Notes: generated by a model from the sequence alone, not told the origin. A DNA stretch of 64,000 nt from Phoronis australis (GCA_002633005.1 NMRA01000579.1:1-64000), one strand, 5' to 3'. Counted from the stretch's first letter, positions 1-11,455 are shown. Translations and numbers: made by a program.

Positions 1-774
1 ACCTGCTAGTACAATATACAAGTAGAGTATAGAGTCCCTGGTGATAGACGATGATTTTCTTATGGCAATGAAAAACCACGAATAGTTTTGCAATTCAAGT
101 TCAAAGTCTGAAAACTGCCAGCAGGTAGAAATTCAACTCACGACCATCGACTCATCGAGTGACAAACAGGGTCTATCCAACCACAATAACATTACACTCC
201 ATTGATAGGCCTAGGGCTAGCCGAGGGCTATCCTTGGTACAAATCTGTATACTAAATATACTACCCTGGTTGTGTGAATTTCGGGCTCTATTGAAGAAAA
301 ACACACAGTGGTACCTAGCTGTATTTTGATACCCCTAGCTGGCTGGGTACCAGTGCAGACTCGACTCGATCACGATTACTATCGAATTCAGTACGTAATT
401 TTCCCACAGGTAACGGTTTCATCGAATTTTAAGAGTAATAGTTAGACTGTTCAGCTCATACAGGGAGCAATACCGTCATCAAAATGTTCAAGAATTACCT
501 GGTTAAGGCGAACTTTTCTTCGCAGCAGTACCGGAAACAGCTGACTAGTTGCCGAAAGGTCAAACCGCACAGCATTATGGGCAACATTCGTTTGTTTTGA
601 TCACGCAGATTTTAAGAAAATAAAAAATAAAAGAAAAAATATGTACAGGCAGCAGATCGACCCCATACTTACGAAAAGTTCTAATTAAGTGTCAGAGAGT
701 ACGTTTCAATGGTTTTTATGCCAGTGCAGATTCACAATGTTTTCAAAACGTCTACAAACGGATCATGACTTCAA

Positions 775-926
775 AGGCGAAGGCAACCTTTTTCCATGTC
801 ATTTTGAGCTAAAATAAGGTTGGTTGGTTATCCTAGACATATTTTCCACTTAATTACGGTTTTTCGTAATTTTATTAATTACTCGTCCGCTACTGCGGAA
901 GTGACGTTTTAGGAGGCAAGCGTTTC
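775..926 (+). repeat. Left terminal inverted repeat of the Kolobok element
   Basis: Reverse complement of 3465-3616 with only a few mismatches. Confidence 0.95.
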
Positions 927-1108
927 CCGCCACTTGGCTTTGCGTTGACTTTACCGTGCGAATCTGTTGCATTCTACTTTTGTTTTGTGCTGTTTTTCAA
1001 CAATTGTCGCCAACACATTCCATCGGCGAGTATTCTGCGGCAAGATAGGTTAGTAGAGAACTCAACTACGTTGGATTTAGGGAATGTTTAGTGTGTTGTA
1101 AGCTGTAA

Positions 1109-1410
1109 ATGCCTGGAGTCGGTGACCCGTCACAGTGACAGTAGTGTGAGTGACGGAGACCTTGTTCACAGCAGTGGTGACAAGGAATTTTTTCACGGAA
1201 ATTCAGTGGTTGGGTACATGTTTGAGCCCGAGTGTAACGAGGCAGAGTACGCAAAGGCATAGGCAGCTTTTGAGAGAAACGAGTCGGCTACAGAGGACAG
1301 ACGTGGTGACATATCTTGGTGCAAATGCACTGTGTGCGTTGTTATGCCTACCTCAATGGAATGCTTGTGCTGTTCAGAGTTCGACGAGGCCAAGCCACTA
1401 CTGGACATGG
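1109..1410 (+). pseudogene. KolX-like (P2X7 ballast/nanor-like Cys-rich) N-terminal fragment, copy 1
   Basis: One frame reads acidic SDSSVSDGD...GYMFEPE (1212)...TAG (1260)...RRGDISWCKCTVCVVMPTSMECLCCSEF. This is the Y-x-FEP plus WCxCxxC-MPT-ECxCC signature. It has a frameshift after the ATG, an internal stop, and a 3' truncation. Confidence 0.78.
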
Positions 1411-2157
1411 TTAAGTGGACCTCCGGCATACCACGGACAGAGGAACAACTGTCCCGCACTCAGTTGCCAGAGTCTCCCGCGACACACTCCAACTTGATGG
1501 TGACCTGAGCACCCAAACTGCTTACATCGTGTCGTGTGACTCCCTCGCCACACACCTGGCACCTTCTAAATAGACAAGTCCACAATAAACTGATAAAAGT
1601 TTGGCTCACCGATCTGTTCACTGAATGACAAAGTGTCCTCTCCACTGGGTGTCGAACTGGTCCTGTAATCATGCACGTACTTCCAATACTCAATATCGCT
1701 GCTGGGCTGCTTGGAGGATCTGGGCTGGAGAAAACAGCACAGGGCGAATCACTACTGGTTCCAGGAATTGCACGCTCTGGGGTACGTTCGGAGGCACGGG
1801 TGACAGTAGATGAAGTGCCTCTACTGGCTCCAGTCATTGTACTGACCACAGCTCGCAAAGCTTCTCGCCTCAAAAACGCACTTCTCGGGGGTGGCGACGG
1901 GGCAGTGCCGGGAATCAACACAGACGGAATGGCATCCTTCTTCAGGCGTTGTTTCGCAGGGACCTTCATCAGTTCAGCGTACAAATCCCTTTCGTAACCG
2001 GAGGGCAGAAAGTGCTTGCCACACACACGGTAATTCTCCACTGCTTTTTACGTTGCGTGGACGGGAAACGCTGCGTTCTTCACACGAACGAGCCAAGTAC
2101 GGCGAAGTGTGTCATCCATCGGAAAGCGATGCAAAGGTACTCCCAAAGCGCGCGAGA
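1400..2157 (-). pseudogene. THAP-transposase N-terminal fragment, copy 1 (5' end cut at the N)
   Basis: LHRFP..W..YRVCGKHF..LKKDAIPSV (THAP), then CQVCG..LGAQVTIKLEC..RGMPEVHL. Stops at 2048-2050 and 1460-1462. Confidence 0.8.
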
Positions 2158-2267
2158 NACAATTGTCGCCACCACATTCCATCGGCGAGTATTCTGCGGC
2201 AAGATAGGTTAGTAGAGAACTCAACTACGTTGGATTTAGGGAATGTTTAGTGTGTTGTAAGCTGTAA

Positions 2268-2572
2268 ATGGCTGGAGTCGGTGACCCGTCACACTGACAG
2301 TAGTGTGAGTGACGGAGACCTTGTTCACAGCAGTGGTGACGAGGAATTTTTTCACGGAAATTCAGTGGTTGGGTACATGTTTGAGCCCGAGTGTAACGAG
2401 GCAGAGTACGCAAAGGCATAGGCAGCTGTTGAGAGAAACGAGTCGGCTACTGAGGACAGACGTGGTGATCGACATATCTTGGTGCAAATGCACTGTGTGC
2501 GTTCTTATGCCTACCTCAATGGAATGCTTGTGCTGTTCAGAGTTCGACGAGGCCAAGCCACTACTGGACATG
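2268..2572 (+). pseudogene. KolX-like fragment, copy 2
   Basis: Same GYMFEPE and DISWCKCTVCVLMPTSMECLCCSEF motifs, same TAG as copy 1, plus an extra 4-bp insertion near 2468. Confidence 0.75.
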
Positions 2573-3351
2573 ATTAAGTGGACCTCCGGCATACCACGGA
2601 CAGAGGAACAACTGTCCCACACTCAGTTGCCAGAGTCTCCCGCGACACACTCCAACTTGATGGTGACCTGAGCACCCAAACTGCTTACATCGTGTCGTGT
2701 GACTCCCTCGCCACACACCTGGCACCTTCTAAATAGACAAGTCCACAATAAACTTATAAAAGTTTGGCTCACCGATCTGTTCACTGAACGACAAACTGTC
2801 CTCTCCACTGGGTGTCGAACTGGTCCTGTAATCATGCACGTACTCCCAATACTCAATATCGCTGCAGGGCTGCTTGGAGGCTCTGGGCTGGAGAAAACAG
2901 CACAGGGCGAATCACTACTGGTTCCAGGAATTGCACGCTCTGGGGTACGTTCGGAGGCACGGGTGACAGTAGATGAAGTGCCTCTACTGGCTCCAGTCAC
3001 TGTACTGACCACAGCTCGCAAAGCTTCTCGCCTCAAAAACGCACTTCTCGGGGGTGGCGACAGGGCACTGCCGGGAATCAACACAGACGGTATGGCATCC
3101 TTCTTCAGGCGTTGTTTCGCAGGGACCTTCATCAGTTCAGCGTACAAATCCCTTTCGTAACCGGAGGGCAGAAAATGCTTGCCACACACACGGTAATTCT
3201 CCACTGCTTTTTACGTTGCGTAGACGGGTAACGCTGCGTTCTTCACACGAACGAGCCAAGTACGGCGAAGTGTGTCATCCATCGGAAAGCGATGCAAAGG
3301 TACTCCCAAAGCGCGCGTGAGCCGATAACTAGTACAGCAACAGTGTGGCAT
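2560..3351 (-). pseudogene. THAP-domain Kolobok transposase 5' fragment, copy 2
   Basis: ATG at 3351 gives MPHCCCTSYRLTRALGVPLHRFPMDDTLRRTWLVRVKNAALPVYAT*KAVENYRVCGKHF...LKKDAIPSV, a THAP C2CH domain with the AVPTI-like box. In-frame TAA at 3211-3213 and TGA at 2623-2625. The catalytic DDE region is missing. Confidence 0.85.
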
Positions 3352-3464
3352 GTTGACTGACTAGTAAATGAAAGCAAACGACGGCGGAACTTAACACAAC
3401 CCAGGTAGAACAATGACTGACTCGGCAGCTCTCACCGTCAGACTATATGAAAAGAAATTGGTGC

Positions 3465-3616
3465 GAAATGCTTGCCTCCTAAAACGTCACTTCCGCAGTA
3501 GCGGACGAGTAATTAATAAAATTACGAAAATCTGTAATTAAGTGGAAAATATGTCTAGGATAACCAACCAACCTTATTTTAGCTCAAAATGACATGGAAA
3601 AAGGTTGCCTTCGCCT
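3465..3616 (-). repeat. Right terminal inverted repeat of the Kolobok element
   Basis: Reverse complement of 775-926; followed by TTAA. Confidence 0.95.
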
Positions 3617-5397
3617 TTAAGAGCCAACAACAAGGTATTAATTCCCGATCATCGGACCTACATGTACAGTAAACGTACTAGTTACATTGTCTACAGCTGG
3701 AATGTTCAACTGTCACCAGCCAAGGACAGGTTACAAAAGCCACATCCTCAGTGAACACACTTGATTCCCAATTGCTAAATACAGGCTGAAACGAGATCTC
3801 ATATCACGTGCCCAAAGAAAAAATGCATGGAATGTCAATGGAACATGGATTACTTGCACTGCACTAGTACATGAATTAAAGGTAATAACAGCAGTTTAAG
3901 GGACTACTTCAGGTTCAGCCATATTGAGTGTTAGTAGATCTTATTACGCTACACCCATAGCACAAAAACCATCAGTTTGGCAATACATAAATATGACCAA
4001 AATTGTCTGATAAGCTTGAAAACCAATACTAGTATCCAAAAGCCGGAATGCATACTGTCAGCATTTTGAGATTCAACTGCGTTTTCTTGAACTTTGTCCC
4101 ATTCTCGACTTCTTCCAATCAGTGTGTGGGGAAATGTCCATAGTGCGCGCAACTCCTCCAACATTTCCAAGGGAATTTCCACCGAACTTTCAAGCATGCT
4201 CACGAAGTGCCCAGCACATATCATCGGCAATCGCTGTCGACCGTATTTTCATGAATGTCCGCCCATTCTTGATTTTCACATAGCCGTAAATATTCTATCG
4301 TTCAAAACTCCCTACACCACCTCTGGCTAGGATATTTTTTGGAATCGATTCTTTTCAGCTACAAAAGTAACCAAACAAAATCGGGCCCAATTCGCTGTAC
4401 ATCACGCGGGGGATGACAGAAAGTTAACAGCTCCTTGAAGTGGAAATACAAGGTGTACCGAAAATGAACTCACACTTCCAAGTGACACTAACTGCGTTGG
4501 TGCAAAAAATTATTCATTGTGACTACTGGACTAACTGTAAAATAAATTTCCCCACCTTGAGGGGCCGCTGGTTTACTTCTACTGGGAATTAATGACTGAC
4601 TGGTTCCCACGAAAACTTTGTGGCCCTCTGGCGGTGTTCATACACAACTGTAAGCCCCTTGACCATGAGTCAGATAGTTTAAAACCGGACACCTTCGTGT
4701 CTATTCGGAGAGGAATTCCTGGCTTTAATCCAGACAGTCTATCTGACTCCTCATTCAAATCAAGAACTTTCCCTGTCCAGGACCCTCACGTCTTGTGTCT
4801 CAAAAGAGTGTACGGGGGTCACTAGGATGATTAAACACTGCATCTATCTATTCACCAAGGTGAGTTATATTATCCACTGTGTTGCTTATTAACTTACTAA
4901 CAAGGTTTCAAGTTTAAAATTCATAAAAAGTCGTCAAAAGAATGAGGTCTTTAAATCAACATATTAAATGCAACTTGAAAGGTTTTTGCATGTTCTTGAT
5001 GTTTTGAGTGTTGAGCTGTGGTGTATGACAATTGTTTGCCATTCACCTGCATACGGTGTAGATGGTTACAGCTTACAGGTCTACTTTTCCAGCAAGCTTG
5101 AAAAAATTCAGTAGACCGGGGCACAGAGTCTGATCCATGCAAACTAAATTTGAGCTCTTGGCAATGATGTACTGAAGTGTGACAGCAGTTTTGAGACACC
5201 CTGTACTATACTAAAATTAGTATTTAGCCGCAAGCACAAGTTGTTGGTGGTCGTTTTTGCTGCAAGCAAATGTTGACCATCACTTTCTTGGTCAAACGGT
5301 ATTTTGTCCATTTACTTTTGGGGAAATGGCCCAATAAGATCATTTAACTCACCGAGAAGGACCATTGCATGCACACCCTTGATACAAGACTGATAAT

Positions 5398-6281
5398 TCA
5401 AGATGAAAAAGAAGAGTCAGTGTCTTCGTACGAGTCAGAATCATGGGTCAATCTATGGGCTTTCATTTTTTTCAAGGAGTCCAACACAAGGCCACACGCT
5501 GAGCACCTGTGTCCTGGCTTACTATGTGTCTTTAAATGATTTTTAAGTGAACTTTTCTGGTTGAAACCTTTCCCACATGTCATACAGGTGTGGGCCTTTT
5601 CATCCGAGTGGCCCTTCTTATGCAACGTCAGGTGACTGCGCTGGAAAAAAGAGCGGCCACAGAACTCGCACTTGTACGGTCGCTTCCCAGAATGCACCAG
5701 CAGGTGGCTGGTCAGCCGACATTGCTGCATGTACGCCTTGTCGCACAGGTGGCACTTGTACGGCCTCTCACCAGTATGCTTTCGTAGGTGCACCGTCAAG
5801 TGGCTGTTCTGTATGAAGCCCTGACCACATGTCTCACAGATGAATGGGCGCGACTCGGCATGCACGGTCTCTTCATGGAATTCGCAGTATTTCTTGCTGG
5901 CAAACGCTTTACTGCATTTCCGACACTTGAACGGTCGCTCGGTGGCATGCACACGGTGGTGTTGTTGTAGGCCAGTTTGAAATTTAAAACCGCGGCCACA
6001 GACCTCACAGCGATGCTGGAGGCTGGCTGAATGCTCCGTCTTGGAATGATTTAGAAGTAGGTCTCTGTTGTCGAATGCCATGTCGTCACAGTAGACACAC
6101 GTGTTCTGTGAGCCAAGGCAGATCTGCTGGTGACGTTGCAAGCAAGCAACACCTAGGAAGGTGAGATCGCAGAACTCGCATGTGACCGGTGGCTCGGCCG
6201 AATGAGTCTTCATATGTGAGTTTAGCTCACTCTTCTGGCAGAATGCTTGAGGGCACTCACTACACTTGTGTGACTTCTCAC
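5398..6281 (-). CDS. C2H2 zinc-finger protein, last coding exon (~10 fingers)
   Basis: Tandem CxxC..HxxxH with TGERPY-type linkers. Acceptor ccag|GTGAGAAG at 6282/6281 is phase 1 and gives HT-G-EKSHKC when joined to the upstream exon. Stop at 5398. Confidence 0.9.
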
Positions 6282-7060
6282 CTGGAACACAAAGAATGCA
6301 TGCACGCCTAAACAGTGTGGCAACACCTTTAGATATTGGATGCGAAAAAATTGGAAATTAACGCCGGGAAATTAATTTTATACTAAGTTTCAGAAGTTGT
6401 GATTTATATTTTTCGCAACCACATAGTTATTCACCTGGTTGAAGACATGACTGTACTTTTTGTCAGACACCTTGATATATACTCGCTCACACTCTCTGTA
6501 CAATTTCCAATCTTCTGGTGTGCAGTTAGTTGTAAACAAAATGCCAATAGAGATAAGTTACAACAGTAGCTGTATTTTGAGACCACAACATGTCTGTCTC
6601 ATCTTCAGACAATGGGTAAATTGAATACGCTGGAAGCGAAATAAACAATGAAACAAACATCAACAGCAGGTAGAAAAATATTCAAGCAATAAGTGTGACT
6701 GTAACACATGGTAGGAAGCCCATAAGCCTGCACAGCCCAAGCGAATATATATCAAGCTGTCTAACAAGAAGTACATTTGTAAATGAAGTGCTGTTACCGA
6801 ACTATACCTATTTACGTGGATGAATAATATGTTCACTGTCTAACATTTTAAGCTACTAGTGATAGAAAAATCTTCTTGATAGTATAAATAGAAAAGTTTA
6901 TTCCATTTCTTTCAGCTCATAGGCATATCTTTACTTCTCAGTGTTGAAACTTGAAACACTATCAAGAACTTAAAAGATTTTGACACTTTTAAAAAGTTGT
7001 AAAAAGGGCCAATAAACCTGCAACTCACTGTAAAAAAACAACTTCTTCCGGCCAATTGCT

Positions 7061-7188
7061 GGTAATGTATAGGTCTCATCAGTTTACTCAACTGATAATG
7101 TATCGGTCTCATCGTGTTACTCAACTAGTAATGTATGTCTCATCATGTTACTCAACTGGTAATTTATAGGTCTCATCAGGTTACCTAC
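7061..7188. repeat. ~33-bp minisatellite, ~4 degenerate copies
   Basis: Unit ggtaatgtataggtctcatcagtttactcaact repeated head to tail with no spacers. Confidence 0.85.
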
Positions 7189-7401
7189 TCTGGGTCACAC
7201 TACTAAACCTTTGAGTAGGGTTTCTAGCTCAGTCCTCAGCTCGATTGTAACTATGTATTAATAAAGCTTGAAAATGGTTCCCGGTGATCAATGCAATACG
7301 CGGCGGCCTGCGCACGTCTGGTACAAGATGTATCAGACCACTTGCAATAATTTTTATTACCTACTCAGATTAGAAATGACATCAGGACATGAGAATAACT
7401 G

Positions 7402-7898
7402 GGTCTAGTTTCATTAAAAAAGACTCAAGACTTGAGAGAAAAATTTGTATTCTGCAGTTAAAACCAAGTATTTGGCTAAGTTAAAAACAAAGACAAAATT
7501 CAGAAAAGACCATTTCATGAACAAAAAAGTATTCAGTCTAGACATAAATTAAAAGTCCAGATTTGACATAGGTGAGCATACAAACCACACTCTCACCACC
7601 TGTTGTGAATTCACAAAACAAGCGGACGATTGTTAATTTGATATTGTTTAGGAACATTAGATTGTGAAAAATATCAACGAAATTAGTTCCTCAACAGTTT
7701 ACAGCGATGATACTATTTTTAGCCATTTAGACCAAAAGTCTAATCATAAGTCAACTTCATAGCAGGCTAATGTTTGATTTTAGCCGAGATTAATTTTGGT
7801 CTCAAGAAATTTCATGAAACAAGGCCAACACATTTTGGTAACATGTTAGTCCAATTTTGTTCCTAATTAAGACAAAAAATAATTCATGAAACTAGCCC
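7402..7898. mobile_element. MITE, PIF/Harbinger-like
   Basis: TIRs gg(t/g)ctagtttcat(t/g)aa with CTG/CAG flanks. The internal ccacctgttgtg motif recurs at ~25482 and ~31997. Confidence 0.6.
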
Positions 7899-8594
7899 CA
7901 GGCCAATTACGTTACTTGCCACGAATGTTAGCTTTAGTCAAATCGATAGTATGGTAGTCAGAGAAATTCCAGGCGACAGATTGCAAACAATTTCCATTCA
8001 AACATGTGAGCATGTAATGAAGACCTTTGGATGAACATATACCCAACATGCATCAGTCACATGACAAGAGCATGACGGGCAGCAGCCAGTAACCAAAGAC
8101 TAATGATTGTCAAAAATGGTATGCAGCTCAAACATGGCATGTCTCATTAAAGTGTGAATATGAAAATAAAGTTGTAGTTTACAAACAACCCCGGGTCTTC
8201 CGGTGTGCCGGAAACCATCTGAGAACCAGTTACCATTACAATCTCGCGAAAGTCTAGTTTTGCGAGACTATTTTTGTGTAAATCAGCACGGTAATATGTC
8301 ATTGTTACCCTAATAAAACAAGGCAGTTTTTATTATTTGTCCATTTCACTATCAAATAACAATTGCGTAATATTAGGAATTACTAGGTTTTTCCATATTT
8401 TCACACTTGTTTTTCAGTGTATCAGTTGTGGTGTTTTCTTTAAAACCGCAATTTATCTATAAATTGTTTCTTTTCCTGAATATACTTGTTCACAAAGTTC
8501 TCCAGGAAGTCACAAGGTGGCGCTTGCTACAAATTTAAATATTCAGGTCTTTAATGAGACATAGAATCTTTAATATAAAAGAACTCAAGACTAC

Positions 8595-9402
8595 CTGTAT
8601 GGAATTTCTTGAAGTGATATGTCAACTCGTTTTTGACAGCAAACTGTTTGCCACAAATCTCACACGTGTGCGGTCTCTCGGGTTTATGTCGGAGAGTGTG
8701 CGATCGCCAGCTACTCCTGTCACTGAATTTCTTGGGACAAAATTCGCACTGGTATGGCTTCTCTCCTGTGTGAATGCGCACGTGAACCTTGAGCAGGGAA
8801 TGCTGGGGAAACGACCGGCCGCACGTCCCGCACACGTGAGGACGCTCGCCAGAATGCATCGTGTAGTGCATCTTGTATGAGCTCTTGTGCGCAAATGTCC
8901 GCTCGCAGATGTCGCATTTGAACGGACGTTCACCCGTATGAGTCCGCATGTGAATTTTCAGATTGCATTTGTCGTAGAAACCCTTCTGGCAAACTTCGCA
9001 TTTGTGGTCCTTTGTGCGATTTTTGTTACGGTCTCCCTGCTTGTGTTTAGCCATGTGACGGGCCACGGCTCTTTTGTTATTGAAAATTTGACCGCAAACG
9101 TGGCAAGGGAATGGTTCAAATTCTTCGTGAGCGGTGCTTCTGGGCTTTTTTGTCTTGGACTCAGCATGGTTCTTGAAGCACTCCAAGTTTCTCAGAGCAA
9201 GTTGAGCCAGAATATCAGCCTGGGATGTTGCGAAGTTGGAATGTTCACTGGGTGAGGGCGTGAACTCCTCCGTTTCACACTCGAGATGAAACTCCAGCTC
9301 TTTCAGAGGGTCAGTCAACATTGCACTGGATGGCTCTGTGTCAACAGGCTCTTGCTTGATTGTGATATTTTCCACCTCACCTCCAGCCATCCCCGCCTCC
9401 AT
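8595..9402 (-). CDS. C2H2 zinc-finger protein, first coding exon (IKQEP motif + 6 fingers); the joined gene is ~563 aa with ~16 fingers
   Basis: Acceptor at 9411, ATG 9402 in a strong GTCGCCATGG context, and donor ACAG|gtagtc at 8595/8594 whose phase 1 matches the 6281 acceptor. Confidence 0.9.
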
Positions 9403-9681
9403 GGCGACACCTATTAACACACATAAAAAACAATTACATTGGAGTATTTAGGAAACAAGTCTTGCACCAGTAGTCAGAGGTGTCTTAATTGTGATTTGTC
9501 AGTTTTGTGGTTCCCCAGATGTGTTTTTTATTTATACTGCTGGCGGGAAGCTGCTGGCAGTCGTTCAGCAGGCAATCAGGCTGTCACGGACAGGCACCTG
9601 GATTGGGTTTTACTGAAGCTTGAATAGCTGTGTTTTAACTGGTGAGTACCTCTAGGCCTAGTTAGTGAACCTGCAGTAAAC

Positions 9682-9778
9682 CACAGGCGTCCTCAGCTTC
9701 TGATCGTCCCCAATACACTACATATAATACTACTATATGTAGTGTATTGGGGACGATCAGAAGCTGAGGACGCCTGTG
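9682..9778. mobile_element. 97-bp perfect-palindrome MITE with an 8-bp TSD (P- or hAT-like)
   Basis: 45-bp perfect arms (9682-9726 / 9734-9778) and a 7-nt loop. CAGTAAAC is present at 9674-9681 and 9779-9786. Termini are CACAGG...CCTGTG. Confidence 0.9.
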
Positions 9779-10587
9779 CAGTAAACACATAAAACCGCGA
9801 AATGCTTGTATCGACTTTCAAATACATTAAACAAGAAGCGACCTTGTTATGCGCCTCTTGCGAAAAAAATGAAATTTCAAAGTACATACAATTAACCACG
9901 AAATGCTATCCGATGAAACCACTGACGAATGTTTGTTAAAACTAGTCGAGACGAGACAAACACAAAACTTGCAAATCTACCTACCCGGTAAACTTCTATT
10001 TCTATCTTCTAAATGAAAGAACGATATCAATATTATTGTGATCACCAGATGGCGGGATGTAAACTTTAGGCCTATGGGCAGCGTCGTAACCAAACATTCA
10101 CCATCTGCGTCGCAACCACAGACATCTTAAAGATGCTCAAAGTGATTTTGTTCAATTTTGAATTTCATTTCATTATGTTACTAACGAGAAAATCAAACCT
10201 ATCACCAGTACTCAAACACTTGACTGGGGTTGGCAGCGCGCTCTATCAAATGAACGAGCGCAATTATTATAAACGGGGAAAAGAGAATTGTACTACAGAG
10301 GAGCAAGAGGGGAGGGGCGGGACGCCAACCGGGAGAGATGGAGAGAGTTCGCCTATAGCTGGTTGAAAATAGAACAATTTCTTCTGTTTTCATCTCAAAT
10401 ATCTTGGATTATTCTTTTTGTTATATCAACGAAAAAATCCCGCCAAAAGCCACATGACAAAACACTTCAATTGGGCTGACTATGCAATTAATCAACGAGT
10501 GGCAATTAGGCGAAAAAGGCACGTGAACGCACTACCTGTGAATCATCAGTGGTTAGGAACATTGTAAGGTACATGACTGTAACCATG

Positions 10588-10837
10588 CAGGCGGATTTAG
10601 GAGGGGGCGGTACACCCCTGGCTGGCGGAAGTAAAATTAAACAGCAAGAGCGTGAGGAAATATAGAGTACACTAACTAGGAACGGCAACGAAGGGGGCGG
10701 GCTCACGCCCGGGGCGTGGCGGAATCGTGTCGCCGTTTTTTTTTTTTAGTCCTCCGATATATTTGTGAACACGCTTTGCCCAATTCTTCGAGGCAACATG
10801 CTGAGCCCCCCTTTATGGTATCCCAGGTCCGCCACTG
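10588..10837. mobile_element. MITE with CAG(TG)GCGGA-type TIRs
   Basis: caggcggatttagg ... ccaggtccgccactg with a G/C-run-rich interior. Related copies at 22887-23104 and 51701-51837. Confidence 0.55.
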
Positions 10838-11448
10838 GTAGGTCTACATCTCACATAAGGGTAAAAGACCGAGTTCGGTTTTCGTTTTCAGCCAGCTATA
10901 AAGAGGGCGATAGCCGCTTTTAAGAGCAAGCCCGTGGAAAGGCAAACATTATTGGGAAGAGGATGCCCATAAACTACATTTGTATTTCGCTTTCACCAAA
11001 TTAAACTTTTATCCTAGGTGGTTCAAAAACTCAAAGTCGTTCCTTCCAGTCCCTCCCCAAACGGTCAGGTAGGGCCCGGCAAGTTATCTGGATTTTGGAT
11101 GTGCGGGCGCAACCGCTTCTACCCTCTGATTTGGAAGAAAGGTACAACGCATGAAAAGGCACGTGCTTCCATTCGTATCTGTACCTTGATTATACGGGCA
11201 TGGGGCCTAGGTTCGTGAAGCGTGCATAAAACATTAGGTTCCAGTCTGAGGACGGAAGAGAAAGATAAGCTTGCCTTAGAACCACACACGTGCCATATAG
11301 TTACACGTAACAAAAGCCATTTCACGTTTCATAACAAACGCCCGAGCGCTGAATGATTTCATCTTCATTACTATTGTCGTACTTCGTTTTACGCAGATAC
11401 ACAAATTGGAAATAATACAATAAGACTTACAAATATGGGAGCGCAATC

Positions 11449-11455
11449 ATGACAG
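11449..11455 (+). CDS. TSP1-repeat membrane protein, putative first coding exon (ATGACAG)
   Basis: ATG ACA G|gtgag; phase 1 fits the next exon, giving MTDSFLVLLAIVCG. Confidence 0.5.

Larger units (their letters stand above)
1000..3320. repeat. Tandem ~1.16-kb near-identical duplication (1000-2157 / 2159-3320) split by an N
   Basis: The copies differ only by scattered SNPs and a small indel. The junction is exactly the single n at 2158. Confidence 0.9.
775..3616. mobile_element. Kolobok-superfamily DNA transposon, non-autonomous internal-deletion derivative
   Basis: Near-perfect ~150-bp terminal inverted repeats (775-926 and 3465-3616) starting AGGCGAAGG and ending CCTTCGCCT. Flanks are TCAA (771-774) and TTAA (3617-3620), a TTAA-type TSD with one mismatch. 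Inside are a THAP-transposase remnant (-) and a KolX-like remnant (+) in convergent orientation, the known Kolobok layout. Confidence 0.88.

Noticed and set aside
1948-1975. CTGATGA...CGAAAC hammerhead-like string (also ~3112-3137)
   Set aside because: It lies in the THAP coding frame (LMKVPAKQ) and has no credible helices; treated as coincidental.
3949-4330. ORFs of 93 and 78 aa
   Set aside because: No recognisable domain or splice support.
7061-7188. 33-bp repeats as a CRISPR array or hammerhead array (CTGATGAGAC on the minus strand)
   Set aside because: Units are contiguous with no unique spacers, there are no cas genes, the context is a eukaryotic intron, and there is no GAAA box or helix II.
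8551-8594. C-terminus SLEFFYIKDSMSH of the 289-aa ORF
   Set aside because: Read-through into the intron past the phase-1 donor.
5577-9255. Short antisense or alternate-frame ORFs over the ZF exons
   Set aside because: Shadow ORFs of the real coding sequence with no motifs.
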